64,000 nt of DNA. Origin: Myxococcota bacterium (GTDB lineage Bacteria > Myxococcota_A > UBA9160 > UBA4427). A model generated the notes under the pieces. It did not search any database, was not told the DNA's origin, and saw only the letters and a list, made by a program, of their open reading frames with translations. Location: positions 2,016,001 through 2,080,000 of the forward strand of contig OZ252299.1 in the NCBI GenBank assembly GCA_965250285.1, written 5' to 3'. This document shows positions 1-11,116 of this stretch, in pieces. Made by a program: the position numbers and the translations under genes. The first letter of the stretch is position 1. Every line of letters starts with the position of its first letter.

Positions 1-37
1 GGGGTAGAGCTCCGACATCGGCTCCTTCCGATCTCGG

Positions 38-1948
38 TCAGGAATCGCCCTTTTCCTCGGTGTACTCGGCGTCGATCACGTCTTCGTCTGAGTCGCCCTG
101 GGGCTCTGCGCTGGCGCCACCGGTCGCACCCTCCTCGGGTGCGCCCGCCTGGTAGAGCTTCTCGGCGACGCCGTGCAGAGCACCTTCGATGCTCTTCTGG
201 GCCGCTTCGAGCTTCGCCACGTCCTCCGACTCGAGATCGGTCTTCGCTTCGGCGATCGCCGACTCGATCTTCGACTTCTCGTCGGCCTCGAGCTTGTCCC
301 CGTTCTCGCTGAGGAGCTTCTCGGCCTGATAGATCGTCGTGTCGAGCAGGTTGCGCTTCTCGCTGAGATCGCGGCGCTTCTGGTCCTCGGCGGCATTCGC
401 CTCGGCGTCCTGCACCATCTTGTCGATCTCGTCGTTCGACAGACCGCCGCTGCCCTCGATCCGGATCGACTGCTCCTTGCCCGTCGCCTTGTCGAGGGCC
501 GAGACCGAGAGGATGCCGTTCGCGTCGATGTCGAACGTCACCTCGATCTGCGGAACGCCGCGGGGCGCCGGCGGAATGCCGTCGAGGATGAACCGGCCGA
601 GTTCGCGGTTGTCGTCCGCCATCTCGCGCTCGCCCTGCAGCACGCGGATCTCCACCTGAGGCTGACTGTCGCTCGCCGTCGAGAAGACCTGCTGCGCCTT
701 GGTCGGGATCGTCGTGTTGCGCTCGACCAGCTTGGTCATGACACGACCCTGGGTCTCGATGCCGAGCGAGAGCGGGCAGACGTCGAGCAGGAGCACGTCC
801 TTCACGTCGCCGGCCAGCACGCCACCCTGCACCGCCGCGCCGATCGCGACCACCTCGTCGGGGTTCACCGACTGGTTGGCCGGCTTGCCGAAGAGCTCCT
901 CGACCTTCTGCTGGACCAGCGGCACTCGGGTCGAGCCACCCACCAGCACGACCTCGTCGATCTCGCTCGGCTTGAGGCCGGCGTCGGCGAGCGCCTTGCG
1001 GCACGGCTCGAGGCTCTTCTCGATGAGGTCCTCGACGAGCTGCTCGAACTTTGCGCGGCTGAGCTTCAGCACGAGGTGCTTCGGCCCCGACTGATCCGCG
1101 GTGATGTACGGCAGGTTGATGTCGGTCGACTGCGCCGTCGAGAGCTCGATCTTGGCCTTCTCGGCCGCTTCGCGCAGGCGCTGCACGGCCATCGGATCCT
1201 GCATCAGGTCGATGCCCTGATCCTTCTTGAACTCGTCGACGAGGTACTCGATCACGCGGTGATCGAGGTTGTCACCACCGAGGTGGGTGTTGCCATTGGT
1301 CGCCTTCACCTCGACCACGTTCTCGCCCACCTCGAGGATCGAGATGTCGAACGTACCGCCACCGAAGTCGAAGACCGCGATCTTCTCGTCGTCTTCCTTG
1401 TCGAGGCCGTAGGCCAGCGCGGCCGCCGTGGGCTCGTTGATGATGCGCTTGACGTCGAGGCCCGCGATCTTGCCCGCATCCTTGGTCGCCTGGCGCTGAG
1501 CATCATTGAAGTACGCCGGCACGGTCACGACCGCTCCGGTCACTTCGGCGCCGAGGTACGCCTCGGCGGCGGCCTTGAGCTTGCCCAGCACCATCGCCGA
1601 GATCTCGGGCGGCGAGTAGTTCTTGTCGTCGATCTTGACCGCGGCCGCGCCTTCCTTGCCCTCGACCACCTCGTACGGGACGAGCGTCGACTCTTCGGGC
1701 ACTTCCGATACGCGTCGCCCCATGAAGCGCTTGATCGAGTAGACGGTCTTCTGAGGGTTGGTGACGGCCTGGCGCTTTGCGACCGAGCCGACGAGGCGCT
1801 CGTCGTCGTCGGTGAACGCCACCACCGACGGGGTCGTGCGGCCGCCCTCCTCGTTCGGGATCACGGTGGGCTGGCCGCCCTCCATGACGGCGACCACGCT
1901 GTTCGTGGTGCCCAGATCGATGCCGATGACCTTGCCTGAATCCGCCAT
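38..1948 (-). CDS. dnaK: Molecular chaperone DnaK (Hsp70)
   Basis: ATG at 1948 gives [17 protein letters not shown]; also [25 protein letters not shown] and an acidic C-terminal DAEY. The upstream part of ORF 38..3217 is spurious. Confidence 0.98.
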   Translation of the reverse strand: MADSGKVIGIDLGTTNSVVAVMEGGQPTVIPNEEGGRTTPSVVAFTDDDERLVGSVAKRQAVTNPQKTVYSIKRFMGRRVSEVPEESTLVPYEVVEGKEGAAAVKIDDKNYSPPEISAMVLGKLKAAAEAYLGAEVTGAVVTVPAYFNDAQRQATKDAGKIAGLDVKRIINEPTAAALAYGLDKEDDEKIAVFDFGGGTFDISILEVGENVVEVKATNGNTHLGGDNLDHRVIEYLVDEFKKDQGIDLMQDPMAVQRLREAAEKAKIELSTAQSTDINLPYITADQSGPKHLVLKLSRAKFEQLVEDLIEKSLEPCRKALADAGLKPSEIDEVVLVGGSTRVPLVQQKVEELFGKPANQSVNPDEVVAIGAAVQGGVLAGDVKDVLLLDVCPLSLGIETQGRVMTKLVERNTTIPTKAQQVFSTASDSQPQVEIRVLQGEREMADDNRELGRFILDGIPPAPRGVPQIEVTFDIDANGILSVSALDKATGKEQSIRIEGSGGLSNDEIDKMVQDAEANAAEDQKRRDLSEKRNLLDTTIYQAEKLLSENGDKLEADEKSKIESAIAEAKTDLESEDVAKLEAAQKSIEGALHGVAEKLYQAGAPEEGATGGASAEPQGDSDEDVIDAEYTEEKGDS

Positions 1949-2368
1949 GTTGCGTTTCGCCTCCAGATCGGACCGGCTCGGCCGGCCCCGTTGATGTCTT
2001 CTTGCTGCGCGTCGCCGCCCATGCGGGTCCGCGTCGATCCGTGTGTCGTGCCGACGTCGAGGTGCCCGAGCGACCGCGCCGGCGCCCGCCGATCGCATCG
2101 CGCAGGGGCCGGGGTCCCACCCGGGCATCCGCGTCGGCGCGTAACCTGAACGCAGCCGACCCGGTGTCAACGCCGAGGCCAAAACAAATGAAGGCACGCG
2201 CGCGCTGTGCCCCCGTCTGGGCGGGTTGGGACGCCGGCGAGCGGTCGCCCTGCGGGGGCCTCGCTTGCTGTACGTCGACGCGCAAGTTCGAGACCCGTCG
2301 TGCCGATGAGCTGCGTATCCACGAGCATGAAGGCGGGCCAGTAACCTGCCGGAATCTCGATGGTTTGG

Positions 2369-2397
2369 TTGGATGCCCCAGACCGGGAGGGTATATT
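2369..2397 (+). promoter_or_regulatory. Putative sigma70-type promoter for the gsp operon
   Basis: TTGGAT-N17-TATATT, about 240 nt upstream of gspC in GC-rich DNA. Confidence 0.4.
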
Positions 2398-2635
2398 CCG
2401 GCCGCTTTCCGGGCGCCTCGCGCACCCGGTTGGGGGTGAGCGAGCTGTCCTGGTGAGTGAATCGGGGTCCCGTGGGTCTGGTCGGGCTCCTTGCGCTCGC
2501 ACGCGTGCGCAAGGGACATGGCATGCGTGAGCGGAGGCGACCTGTAGGCCGCCCGTTCGCTTCGGTGCGGTGAGGCGCGATCGGTCCCGCGAATGGAAAG
2601 GTGCACGCCCGGCGTGACCCGGTGGGGCGGGTCGG

Positions 2636-3697
2636 GTGTCCATGCACACCACGCGCGTCCGCCGCACGAACGGGGGGCGGTTTGCGCCCAGGTCGGTGCG
2701 GCTCGCCCTTCGAGGCGCTGTCGAGACGGCCGAGACGCGGTCGCTCCAAGACAGCGGGCACCGCGACGGAAGAGGAGTCGAAAGCGTGCTTGCCCGGCTC
2801 GGCTTGCGAATCGCGAACACGTTGATGTTCGTCGGGAGCTGCTTCTTGGTGGCGCAGGGCGTCAATCAGGTGAGTGAGGCCGCCCTTTCGCCCGCCGCGA
2901 GCGCCGCGCCGACGCCCGTGGTCACCGACGACCTCCAGCCCCGCAGCTGGGCCGATCGCAAGGCGATCCTCGACCGCAACCTCTTCGATGTCCAGGTCGC
3001 CGGCGGCGAGGTGGTCGAGATCGACGACGAGATCCCCGAAGAGATCGAAGACACCAAGCTGCCGCTCAAGCTGCTCGGCACGATCGCCTCGGGCGACCAG
3101 GTGATCGCCAGTGCATCGATCGAGAACGAGGGCGACCGCTCCCATCAGAACGTGCGCGTCGGCGACGACCTCAAGGGCTTCACCGACGTCGAGGTGGAAC
3201 GCATCGGGCGCGGCCACGTCGTCCTGCTGAACGGCGCCAAGCGCGAGGTGCTGAAGCTCTCGGAGGATCTCGAGATCTCGGCGGCCCCCAAGCGGCCGAC
3301 GCGGCGCAGCGCACGCTCGAGCCGCACGTCGCGTCGCTCGGAGCGCGACCCCCGCGACCGCTTGCGCGAGCTGGCCAAGAGTCGGGGCGCGGCGGCGATC
3401 TTCAGCCAGGCGAGGATCCTGCCCAAGTACGACAACGGTCAGATGGTCGGGATCCAGGTCTCGAAGATCGAGGCGGGCAGCCTCTTCGAGGACGTCGGCC
3501 TACAGGACGGCGACACGATCACCGCCGTCAACGGCGAACCGCTCGACAACCCGGCCGCGAGCAAGAACCTGCTCGACGCATTGCGCCGGGGCGAATCGAT
3601 CATCGGCACCGTCGAAGGATCCGACGGGAGCCCTCGCGACATCGAGATCACGGCCGAGAAGTTCCTCGATACGATGGACGACCTCGAGAACCAGTGA
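2636..3697 (+). CDS. gspC: Type II secretion protein GspC with PDZ domain (start uncertain, ATG at 2642 possible)
   Basis: TM segment, RNLF motif, LKLLGTI HR domain and C-terminal PDZ ([13 protein letters not shown]); first gene of the gsp operon. Confidence 0.88.
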   Translation: MSMHTTRVRRTNGGRFAPRSVRLALRGAVETAETRSLQDSGHRDGRGVESVLARLGLRIANTLMFVGSCFLVAQGVNQVSEAALSPAASAAPTPVVTDDLQPRSWADRKAILDRNLFDVQVAGGEVVEIDDEIPEEIEDTKLPLKLLGTIASGDQVIASASIENEGDRSHQNVRVGDDLKGFTDVEVERIGRGHVVLLNGAKREVLKLSEDLEISAAPKRPTRRSARSSRTSRRSERDPRDRLRELAKSRGAAAIFSQARILPKYDNGQMVGIQVSKIEAGSLFEDVGLQDGDTITAVNGEPLDNPAASKNLLDALRRGESIIGTVEGSDGSPRDIEITAEKFLDTMDDLENQ

Positions 3698-6327
3698 GGA
3701 CTGAGAGAGCAGTGCACCCGCGACGCATCACATCGACCGAGGCCGCCCTCCTCCGTGGGCTGCTGCACCGGTTTGCGCTCGCGGCCACCGCCGCGCTCGT
3801 CCTCACGCTCGCCCTCGCCTTCGTGTTACAGGCCCCCGCATTGGCGCAGCCCCGCGGCACCGGCGCGGCCGGCGACGCAAAGCGATTCAGCGACGGCTCC
3901 GAGCTCGTGCAGCTCGACTTTCGCGACGTCGAGCTCGCCGTGGTGATCGAGGCCATCGCGAAGATCACGGGCAAGAACTTCATCTATGACGACCGCGTGC
4001 GCGGGCGGGTGACGATCGTTTCGCCTTCGGAGGTCACCGCCGAGCAGGCCTATGCCGTCTTCGAGTCGGTGCTCAAGGTCAAGGGCTTCACGGCAATCCC
4101 CGGGCCGGGCGGCGTCCTCAAGATCGTGCCGGTGCGCGACGCGAAGGAGTCGAGCATCGAGACCGTGCGCGGCGACGGGCCGAGCCCGAACCGCGACCAG
4201 TTCGTCACGCGCCTCGTGCCGCTGCGATACATCGACGCCGAGGCGATCACGAACACGATCAAGCCGCTCGTGTCGAAGGACGCGTCGATGGTCGCGTACG
4301 CCCCGACCAACACGATCATCCTCACGGACACCGAGGCGAACATCCGCCGGCTGCTCACGATCTTCGAAGCGATCGACATCCGCAGCTACAAGGAGGAGCT
4401 CGCCGTCATCAAGGTCGAGCATGCCGACGCCAGCACGCTCTCGGAGCAGATCAGCGAGATCTACGGCGCCGAAGTGAGCAGCGGGGGCGGCGGGGCCGCG
4501 ACGACCGCGGCGCAGCGACGCTCGAGCCGAAGGCGTAGCCGTGCCGGCAACGCGGCCGCGGCGGCGACGCCGAACTCGACCCCGACGAACAAGGTCCGCA
4601 TCATCACCGACGAGCGCACGAACTCGCTCCTCGTGCTCGCTCCCCGCGCCGCCCTCGACGACATCCGCGAGCTCGTCCGACAACTCGACGTGCCGCTGCA
4701 GGGCTACGGCCGGATCAACGTCTACTACCTGAAGCACGCCGACGCCGAAGAGCTCGCCAACACCCTGAACTCGATGTTGTCGGGTCAGCGGTCGACGCCG
4801 ACGGCGGGCCGCACCGGTGCCGCGGGCGGCACCAGCGCGACCCAGGCCCTGCGTTCGCAGGTCACCGAGCTCTCCGAGGGCGTCACCATCACTGCCGACG
4901 CCGCGACCAATGCGCTCGTCATCCAGGGCAGCAAAGAGGCGTACGAGACGCTGAAGGGCGTCATCCGGCTGCTCGACATCGAGCGACCCCAGGTGCTCGT
5001 CGAGGCCCTGATCCTCGAGGTCAACATCACCGACGGCGTCGATCTCGGTTTCAACATGGGGTACCAGGTCGTCAACGGCGACTCCGAGTTCCTCGCTCAG
5101 ACCGGCGCCGCCATCGCGTCGGGCGTCGCGAGCGGCACCGGCACCGACGCCGCCACCCAGGGCCTCTCGAGCCTGCTGGGGACCAACGGGCTCAACGCCG
5201 GCGGCACGTGGACCAACGTCGACGAGAACGGCGACGGCAGCACCATCACCGCCGTCATCAACGCCGCAGCGCAGGACGCCAACCTGAACATCGTGTCTGC
5301 GCCCCACATCCTGACCTCGGACAACGAAGAGGCCGAGATCAAGATCGGCAACAACATCCCGATCATCACCGGCCGAACCAGCAACGCCACCGGCAACGTG
5401 AACGGCCTCAGCCAGGCGGTCAACGTCGACCGTCAGGACATCGGCGTTACGCTTCGCGTCACCCCTCAGATCAGCGAAGGCGACTCGCTGCGAATGAAGA
5501 TCTTCCAGGAGATCACCGACGTGAACGAGGATCTCTCGATCGGCGTCGGCGACCCCGAAGAGGTGGGCGTCGCCCTCTTCAATCGCAAGGTCGAGAACAC
5601 CGTCGTGGTGAACGACGGCGAGACCGTCGTCATCGGCGGCATCATCAGCGATCGCTGGACCGATTCGGAGAACAAGGTGCCGTGGCTCGGGGACATCCCG
5701 GGCCTGGGCTGGGCGTTCAAGAGCACGTCGAAGCAGCTCCAGAAGATCAACCTGATGGTCTTTCTGACGCCCCACATCATCCGCAGCGCCGAAGCCATGG
5801 AGTACGAGACGATCCGCAAGCGGCGCGAGTTCGAGCTCGAGGCAGGCGAGCGGTACAAGACCGACCCCGAGACGGCGGCGCGGTACGACGCCGAAGAAGA
5901 CCACGGTCGCCTGAGCGTCGGCAAGGCACCCGCGCGCGAGGCACTCACGGCCAACGCGCAGAAGTACCCGCTCGCGCGCCTGGAGGAGATCGAGGAGCGC
6001 CGCCGCCAGGCCGCCGCCGCCGAGGCCGAGCGCCTCGAAGAGGCGGCCCTCGCCGGCCGTTCGGCCTACGGGGTCCGGGTCGCGATCTACGCCGACGAGG
6101 ACACGGCGATGACCACCCTCACCCAACTCGTCGACGCGGGCTACGACGGCACGCTCGTCTCCGGGCAGGTCGACGGGCGCGCCATCTACGAGATCGTGGT
6201 CGGCCCCTTCGTCGACCTCCGCGCCGCCAACGACGCGTCGGCGCTGCTCCAGGACGTCTACGGCTTCGCCCCCACCGTGGTCATCACCGAGGTCACGGCG
6301 CCCGACGACGGAGGCGAGACACCGTGA
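3694..6327 (+). CDS. gspD: Type II secretion secretin GspD with a C-terminal SPOR-like extension
   Basis: N0 (LDFRDVEL), N1-N3 repeats (LKHADAEEL), secretin domain (QVLVEALILEV, KVPWLGDIPGLGWAFK, LMVFLTPHII). Confidence 0.96.
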   Translation: MRTERAVHPRRITSTEAALLRGLLHRFALAATAALVLTLALAFVLQAPALAQPRGTGAAGDAKRFSDGSELVQLDFRDVELAVVIEAIAKITGKNFIYDDRVRGRVTIVSPSEVTAEQAYAVFESVLKVKGFTAIPGPGGVLKIVPVRDAKESSIETVRGDGPSPNRDQFVTRLVPLRYIDAEAITNTIKPLVSKDASMVAYAPTNTIILTDTEANIRRLLTIFEAIDIRSYKEELAVIKVEHADASTLSEQISEIYGAEVSSGGGGAATTAAQRRSSRRRSRAGNAAAAATPNSTPTNKVRIITDERTNSLLVLAPRAALDDIRELVRQLDVPLQGYGRINVYYLKHADAEELANTLNSMLSGQRSTPTAGRTGAAGGTSATQALRSQVTELSEGVTITADAATNALVIQGSKEAYETLKGVIRLLDIERPQVLVEALILEVNITDGVDLGFNMGYQVVNGDSEFLAQTGAAIASGVASGTGTDAATQGLSSLLGTNGLNAGGTWTNVDENGDGSTITAVINAAAQDANLNIVSAPHILTSDNEEAEIKIGNNIPIITGRTSNATGNVNGLSQAVNVDRQDIGVTLRVTPQISEGDSLRMKIFQEITDVNEDLSIGVGDPEEVGVALFNRKVENTVVVNDGETVVIGGIISDRWTDSENKVPWLGDIPGLGWAFKSTSKQLQKINLMVFLTPHIIRSAEAMEYETIRKRREFELEAGERYKTDPETAARYDAEEDHGRLSVGKAPAREALTANAQKYPLARLEEIEERRRQAAAAEAERLEEAALAGRSAYGVRVAIYADEDTAMTTLTQLVDAGYDGTLVSGQVDGRAIYEIVVGPFVDLRAANDASALLQDVYGFAPTVVITEVTAPDDGGETP

Positions 6328-8072
6328 GCACGGCAGCCGTCGACACGAACGATTCGACCCTCGATCTCGGTGAGATCCTGATTCGAACGACGCGGCTCGA
6401 GCCCGAGCAGCTGGCGCAGGCCCGCATCCTCCAGGCCGAGACCCATGCTCGGCTCGACGAGATCCTCGTACGCGAGGGGTTCCTCAAGCCCGACGAGGTG
6501 CTCGCCGGGCTCGCCGAGCAGCTCGACGTGCCGATTCGGTCCGAGATCCCTTCGGAGGACGTCGACGACACCCTGATCGAGCGCGTCCCGATCGCGTTCG
6601 CGAAGCAGCACGGCGTGCTGCCGATCCGGGTGACCGAGGACGGCGCCGTGCTCGTGGTCGCATCGGACGTCCTCGCGACCGCGCCGCTCGACGACCTCCG
6701 CATGCTCTTCGACGGCGCCGAGATCCAGCTCGAGCTCGCGACCGAGCGCGTGATCATCAGCGCCATCAATCAGGCCTACGACCGCGGCACGACGTCGACC
6801 GATCAGCTCGCCGAAGAGGCGGAGGACGACCTCGACGCCCTGGCCGACGAGGTCAGCCACGAGCCCGAGGATCTGCTCGAGGCAACCGACGACGCGCCGA
6901 TCATTCGCCTGGTGAACTCGATGCTGCAGCACGCGGTGAAGGAGCGCGCGAGCGACATCCACATCGAGCCGTTCGAGCGCGAGATTCGCGTGCGGTTTCG
7001 CATCGACGACGTGCTCTACGAGCCGATGAAGCCCCTGCCCCGCAAGCTGCAGGCGTCGATCGCCAGCCGCATCAAGATCATGGGCAATCTCGACATCGCC
7101 GAGAAGCGCCTGCCCCAGGACGGTCGCATCAAGCTGAAGATCGCCGGCCGCGGCTATGACGTGCGCCTGTCGACCGTCCCCGTCGCGTATGGCGAGCGGC
7201 TCGTGATGCGTCTGCTGCCCGACAGCCAGGAGCTCGTCGACCTCGAAAAGCTCGGCATGAACGAGCAGCAACTCGCGAGCCTCGACCGCGTGATCTTTCG
7301 ACCGAACGGCATCTTCCTCGTCACGGGCCCGACGGGCTCGGGTAAGACGACCACCCTGCACGCGTGTCTGGCCAAGGTGAACGGGCCAGAGAAGAACATC
7401 ATCACCGTCGAAGATCCAGTCGAAATCACCCAGCCGGGCATCGGGCAGATCGAGGTCAACCCGAAGATCAACCTGACGTTCTCGGCCGGGCTGCGCGCGA
7501 TCCTGCGCCAGGACCCGAACGTCGTGCTCGTCGGCGAGATTCGAGACAAGGAGACGGCCGACATCGCGATCCAGGCCTCGCTGACCGGCCACCTCGTGAT
7601 GTCGACGCTGCACACCAACGACGCCGCCTCGGCGATCACGCGCCTGGTCGACATGGGCGTCGAGCCCTTCCTGGTCGGCTCGTCGCTCGTCGCCGTGCTC
7701 GCCCAGCGCCTGGTGCGCGTCCTCTGCGACTCGTGCAAAACCGGCTACGAAGCGAGCGACGACGAGCTGCGCGAGATCGGCGTCCGACCGCCCGGCCGAC
7801 CCGTCACGGTGTACCGCGGCGAAGGCTGCAGCCAGTGCGGGTTCACCGGCTACCGCGGCCGCGTCGGGATCTACGAGATGATGGTGGTCGACGACGACAT
7901 TCGCGGCCTCATCACGCGCAACATCGACGCGAAGACGATCAAGAAGAGCGCGATCGGCAAGGGCATGGGCACGCTCCGCGCCGACGGCGCGCGCAAGGTA
8001 CTCGCCGGCGTCACGTCGGTGGCCGAGGTGCTACGCGCCACCGAAGAAGAAGGCGCTGCGGCGCAGATCTAG
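6324..8072 (+). CDS. gspE: Type II secretion ATPase GspE
   Basis: GTG at 6324 overlaps the gspD stop; ASDIHIEP, Walker A GPTGSGKTT, LRQDPN, TGHLVMSTLHTND, two CxxC. Confidence 0.97.
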   Translation: MSTAAVDTNDSTLDLGEILIRTTRLEPEQLAQARILQAETHARLDEILVREGFLKPDEVLAGLAEQLDVPIRSEIPSEDVDDTLIERVPIAFAKQHGVLPIRVTEDGAVLVVASDVLATAPLDDLRMLFDGAEIQLELATERVIISAINQAYDRGTTSTDQLAEEAEDDLDALADEVSHEPEDLLEATDDAPIIRLVNSMLQHAVKERASDIHIEPFEREIRVRFRIDDVLYEPMKPLPRKLQASIASRIKIMGNLDIAEKRLPQDGRIKLKIAGRGYDVRLSTVPVAYGERLVMRLLPDSQELVDLEKLGMNEQQLASLDRVIFRPNGIFLVTGPTGSGKTTTLHACLAKVNGPEKNIITVEDPVEITQPGIGQIEVNPKINLTFSAGLRAILRQDPNVVLVGEIRDKETADIAIQASLTGHLVMSTLHTNDAASAITRLVDMGVEPFLVGSSLVAVLAQRLVRVLCDSCKTGYEASDDELREIGVRPPGRPVTVYRGEGCSQCGFTGYRGRVGIYEMMVVDDDIRGLITRNIDAKTIKKSAIGKGMGTLRADGARKVLAGVTSVAEVLRATEEEGAAAQI

Positions 8073-8146
8073 CGCCGGCCGCCGCGATCCACCCCCCGAA
8101 AGCGATTCGCAGCGGCGCCGCATGAAGGACGAAGGACGACCACATC

Positions 8147-9385
8147 GTGCCGGTCTACGCCTACAAGGGAGTCGCCCAGTCGGGGCGCACCACGAAGGGA
8201 ACGGTGAGCGCCGAGAGCATGCGCACCGCTCGGGCGAAGCTGCGCGGCGACGGCGTCTATCTCACGGATATCAGTGAGACCAACGCGACAGTCGAGAGCG
8301 TCGAGAAGCAGACGGGCGGCAGCGGGCTCAACTTCGAGATCAACCTGCCCCGCCGCATCCCGCCGATGGAGCGCGCGATCGCGACCCGGCAGCTCGCGAC
8401 GCTGGTTTCGGCGGGGATTCCGCTCGTCGAGGCGCTCGGCGCGCTCGTGACCCAGATCGATCACGCGCCCCTCAAGGCCGTGATGGCGACCGTGCGTGAT
8501 CGTGTGAACGAGGGCTCGAGCCTCGCCGACGCGCTCCAGTCGACGGGCAAATTCGACACGCTCTACGTGAGCATGGTGAAGGCCGGAGAGGCCGGCGGCC
8601 ACCTCGACGCCGTCCTGCTGCGGATCGCCGACTACCTCGAAGAGTCGGTCGCGATGAGCAGCAAGGTCACGTCGATCATGGTCTACCCGTCGGTGATGTT
8701 GGGCTTCGCGTTCCTCGTGGTCGGCGTGCTCGTGACGTTCATCCTGCCCCAGATCACGGGTCTGCTCGCATCGATGGGCGGCGAGCTGCCGGCCATCACG
8801 CGATGGATCATCGCGGTGAGCGACTTCGCCACGAGCTGGTGGTGGGCGATCCTGATCGCGGTCGTCGCTCTGATCTTCGCGATCCGCCAGGTCGCACGCA
8901 CCGAAGCCGGTGGCGCCGCGATCGACCGCATGGCGCTGGCCACGCCGGTCGTCGGCCGGCTCGTCCGGTTCGTCTCGATCTCGCGCTTCTCGAGAACACT
9001 CGGCAGCATGCTCTCGAGCGGCGTCAACATCATCCAGGCGATGGACATCGCAAAGAGCGTCACGTCGAACAGCGTCATCGCGTCGGTCGTCGACGAAGCC
9101 AAGGGCGCCGTCATCGAGGGCTCGAGCCTTGCGTCGACGCTCCGCCAGAGCCGGGAGTTTCCGTCGATGGTGGTCACGATGGTCGAGGTCGGCGAGCGCG
9201 CAGGCGAGCTCGACTCGATGCTGCTGCGGGTCGCCGAGACCTATGACCAGCAGGTCGAGACCACGGTCGAGCGTCTGACCTCGCTGCTCGAACCGCTGCT
9301 CATCCTCGTCATGGTCGGCGTGGTGATGATCATCGTGCTCTCCGTCCTGATGCCCCTGATGGAATTGACCAACTCGCTCAACTGA
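8147..9385 (+). CDS. gspF: Type II secretion inner-membrane platform protein GspF
   Basis: MPVYAYKG start, TRQLATLVSAGIPL, AGEAGGHLD, LLEPLLILVM. Confidence 0.95.
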   Translation: MPVYAYKGVAQSGRTTKGTVSAESMRTARAKLRGDGVYLTDISETNATVESVEKQTGGSGLNFEINLPRRIPPMERAIATRQLATLVSAGIPLVEALGALVTQIDHAPLKAVMATVRDRVNEGSSLADALQSTGKFDTLYVSMVKAGEAGGHLDAVLLRIADYLEESVAMSSKVTSIMVYPSVMLGFAFLVVGVLVTFILPQITGLLASMGGELPAITRWIIAVSDFATSWWWAILIAVVALIFAIRQVARTEAGGAAIDRMALATPVVGRLVRFVSISRFSRTLGSMLSSGVNIIQAMDIAKSVTSNSVIASVVDEAKGAVIEGSSLASTLRQSREFPSMVVTMVEVGERAGELDSMLLRVAETYDQQVETTVERLTSLLEPLLILVMVGVVMIIVLSVLMPLMELTNSLN

Positions 9386-9456
9386 GTCGCGCCGGCCAGC
9401 GTGCGCCGCGCTCGACACGCCTCGTTTCTCGCTCTCGCCCAACGCAAGGAGTCCTC

Positions 9457-9918
9457 ATGCACCCCTCCCCTCGTCGCCAAGATCGTCGCCGCGCAGGCGG
9501 CTTCACCCTGATCGAGATCATCGCCGTCGTCGTGATCATCGGCCTGCTCACGACGCTCGTCGGCGTCAACATCGCTGGCCGCATCGAAGGCGCCAAGGCG
9601 TCGGCCGCCAAGGCGCAGATCGCGCAGCTCGAGAGCGCGCTCGAGTTCTACAAGCTCGACAACGGCCGCTACCCGAGCTCGGGCCAGGGCCTGGAGGCGC
9701 TCGTCACGAAGCCTTCCGGCGACCCGGCGCCGCGCAACTATCCGCCCGGCGGGTACCTGAAGAATCGCGACCTGCTGCTCGATCCCTGGGGCCTGCCGTA
9801 CGAGTACACGAGCCCGGGGGAGCGCAACCCCCATGGCTTCGACATCTGGACGCTCGGCCCCGACGGCCAGGCGGGCAACGACGACGTCGGCAACTGGAGC
9901 AACGACGGCGATCAGTAG
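9457..9918 (+). CDS. gspG: Major pseudopilin GspG
   Basis: G/FTLIE prepilin cleavage site, YKLDNGRYP, DPWG..YEY, GPDGQ. Confidence 0.96.
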   Translation: MHPSPRRQDRRRAGGFTLIEIIAVVVIIGLLTTLVGVNIAGRIEGAKASAAKAQIAQLESALEFYKLDNGRYPSSGQGLEALVTKPSGDPAPRNYPPGGYLKNRDLLLDPWGLPYEYTSPGERNPHGFDIWTLGPDGQAGNDDVGNWSNDGDQ

Positions 9919-9930
9919 GAGCAGCACGCG

Positions 9931-10572
9931 ATGAGCGGCCGCGGGGATCAGAGAGCGCGCGCCGACGGCTTCACGCTCATCGAGCTGATCGCCGTGGTGC
10001 TGATCCTCGGCCTGGCGATGAGCCTGGTCATCCCGAACCTGACCGCGACCCGCGCAAACCGGCTGCAGGGCGTGGCCCGCAAGATCGCGCACCAACTCGA
10101 GACGGCGCGCCAGCGCGCGATCACCTCGGGCGTCCCTCACCGGCTGTACATCGACCTCGAAGCGGGCTTCTTTCGCGTCGACTGGTGGGTCGACGAAGCC
10201 ACCGCCTACCCCGACCTCGCCGAAGAGCAGCGACCGATGCGCGCGGGGCTCCCCGTCGACGAGCGAACCGGCGAGCTCGACCTCACCGGGCCGCTGCCGA
10301 TGTCGCCGCCGATCGGCGACGCCCCGGACTTCTTCCCGATCACGAGCCAGTTCGGCCGCGACACCTACCTCCCCGAGGACTACTACTTCGTCGGCATCGA
10401 CAGCGCGAGCGGCTGGCACGAGTCGGGCGCCGTCGAGGTCGTCTTCGGGTCGGATGGCGTCGCCGAGTACTCCGAGATCCACCTCGCCGACGCTTGGGAC
10501 AACGAGGTCGTGCTCGAGGTCGAGCCCCTGCTCGAGCTGATCCGCATTCGGGACGGGGGCGACGATGTCTAA
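9931..10572 (+). CDS. gspH: Minor pseudopilin GspH-like
   Basis: DG/FTLIELIAV N-methylation motif; operon position. Confidence 0.8.
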   Translation: MSGRGDQRARADGFTLIELIAVVLILGLAMSLVIPNLTATRANRLQGVARKIAHQLETARQRAITSGVPHRLYIDLEAGFFRVDWWVDEATAYPDLAEEQRPMRAGLPVDERTGELDLTGPLPMSPPIGDAPDFFPITSQFGRDTYLPEDYYFVGIDSASGWHESGAVEVVFGSDGVAEYSEIHLADAWDNEVVLEVEPLLELIRIRDGGDDV

Positions 10573-11116
10573 CCTCCCTCCCTGCGGTCACCCGTCGAAC
10601 GACGCCGGCTTCACCCTCTTCGAGGTGCTGGCGGCCGCGCTCGTGCTCGTGATGGTCGGCGTGCTCACGATCGGCAGCATGAACACGAACCTGGCGCACA
10701 TGAGCGACGCGCGGATCCGCCTCGAAGCGGGCCGCATCGCCGACGCGGCGCTGGCCGATCTCGAAGCGCTGCTCTTCGACGGCACAGCGCCGGCGATCGC
10801 GTCGGAAGAGACCGAGCTCGGCGACTTTCGCATCGCCACGCACGTGACGCCGCTGGGCGTGCTCTTCGTTCCCCCGGATGACGCCGAAGACGAAGAAGCG
10901 GCCTCGAACCTCCACTCGATGATCGCCGAAGAGTTCCCGGGCCTGCCGCGCAACGTGCGCGTCCTGCACGTGCGGGTCGCCTGGGGCAACCCACTGGCCC
11001 CCGAGTTCGTCGAACGGACGACGATCGGCTTCGACCACGCTGCGGCGCTCGAGGCCTTCCAGCAGCTCGGTCAGAACCAGGCGGGCGAGGAGGCGGCGAC
11101 CGATGCGCCGCAGTGA
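10565..11116 (+). CDS. gspI: Minor pseudopilin GspI-like
   Basis: AG/FTLFEVLAA motif; operon position. Confidence 0.75.
   Translation: MSNLPPCGHPSNDAGFTLFEVLAAALVLVMVGVLTIGSMNTNLAHMSDARIRLEAGRIADAALADLEALLFDGTAPAIASEETELGDFRIATHVTPLGVLFVPPDDAEDEEAASNLHSMIAEEFPGLPRNVRVLHVRVAWGNPLAPEFVERTTIGFDHAAALEAFQQLGQNQAGEEAATDAPQ

Noticed and set aside
2193..2211. GGCAC-N9-GTGCC inverted repeat upstream of dnaK as a CIRCE element
   Set aside because: Arms and spacing do not fit TTAGCACTC-N9-GAGTGCTAA.
1949..3217. 423-aa N-terminal extension of DnaK in the ORF track
   Set aside because: It is the antisense shadow of gspC plus intergenic DNA; DnaK homology starts at ATG 1948.
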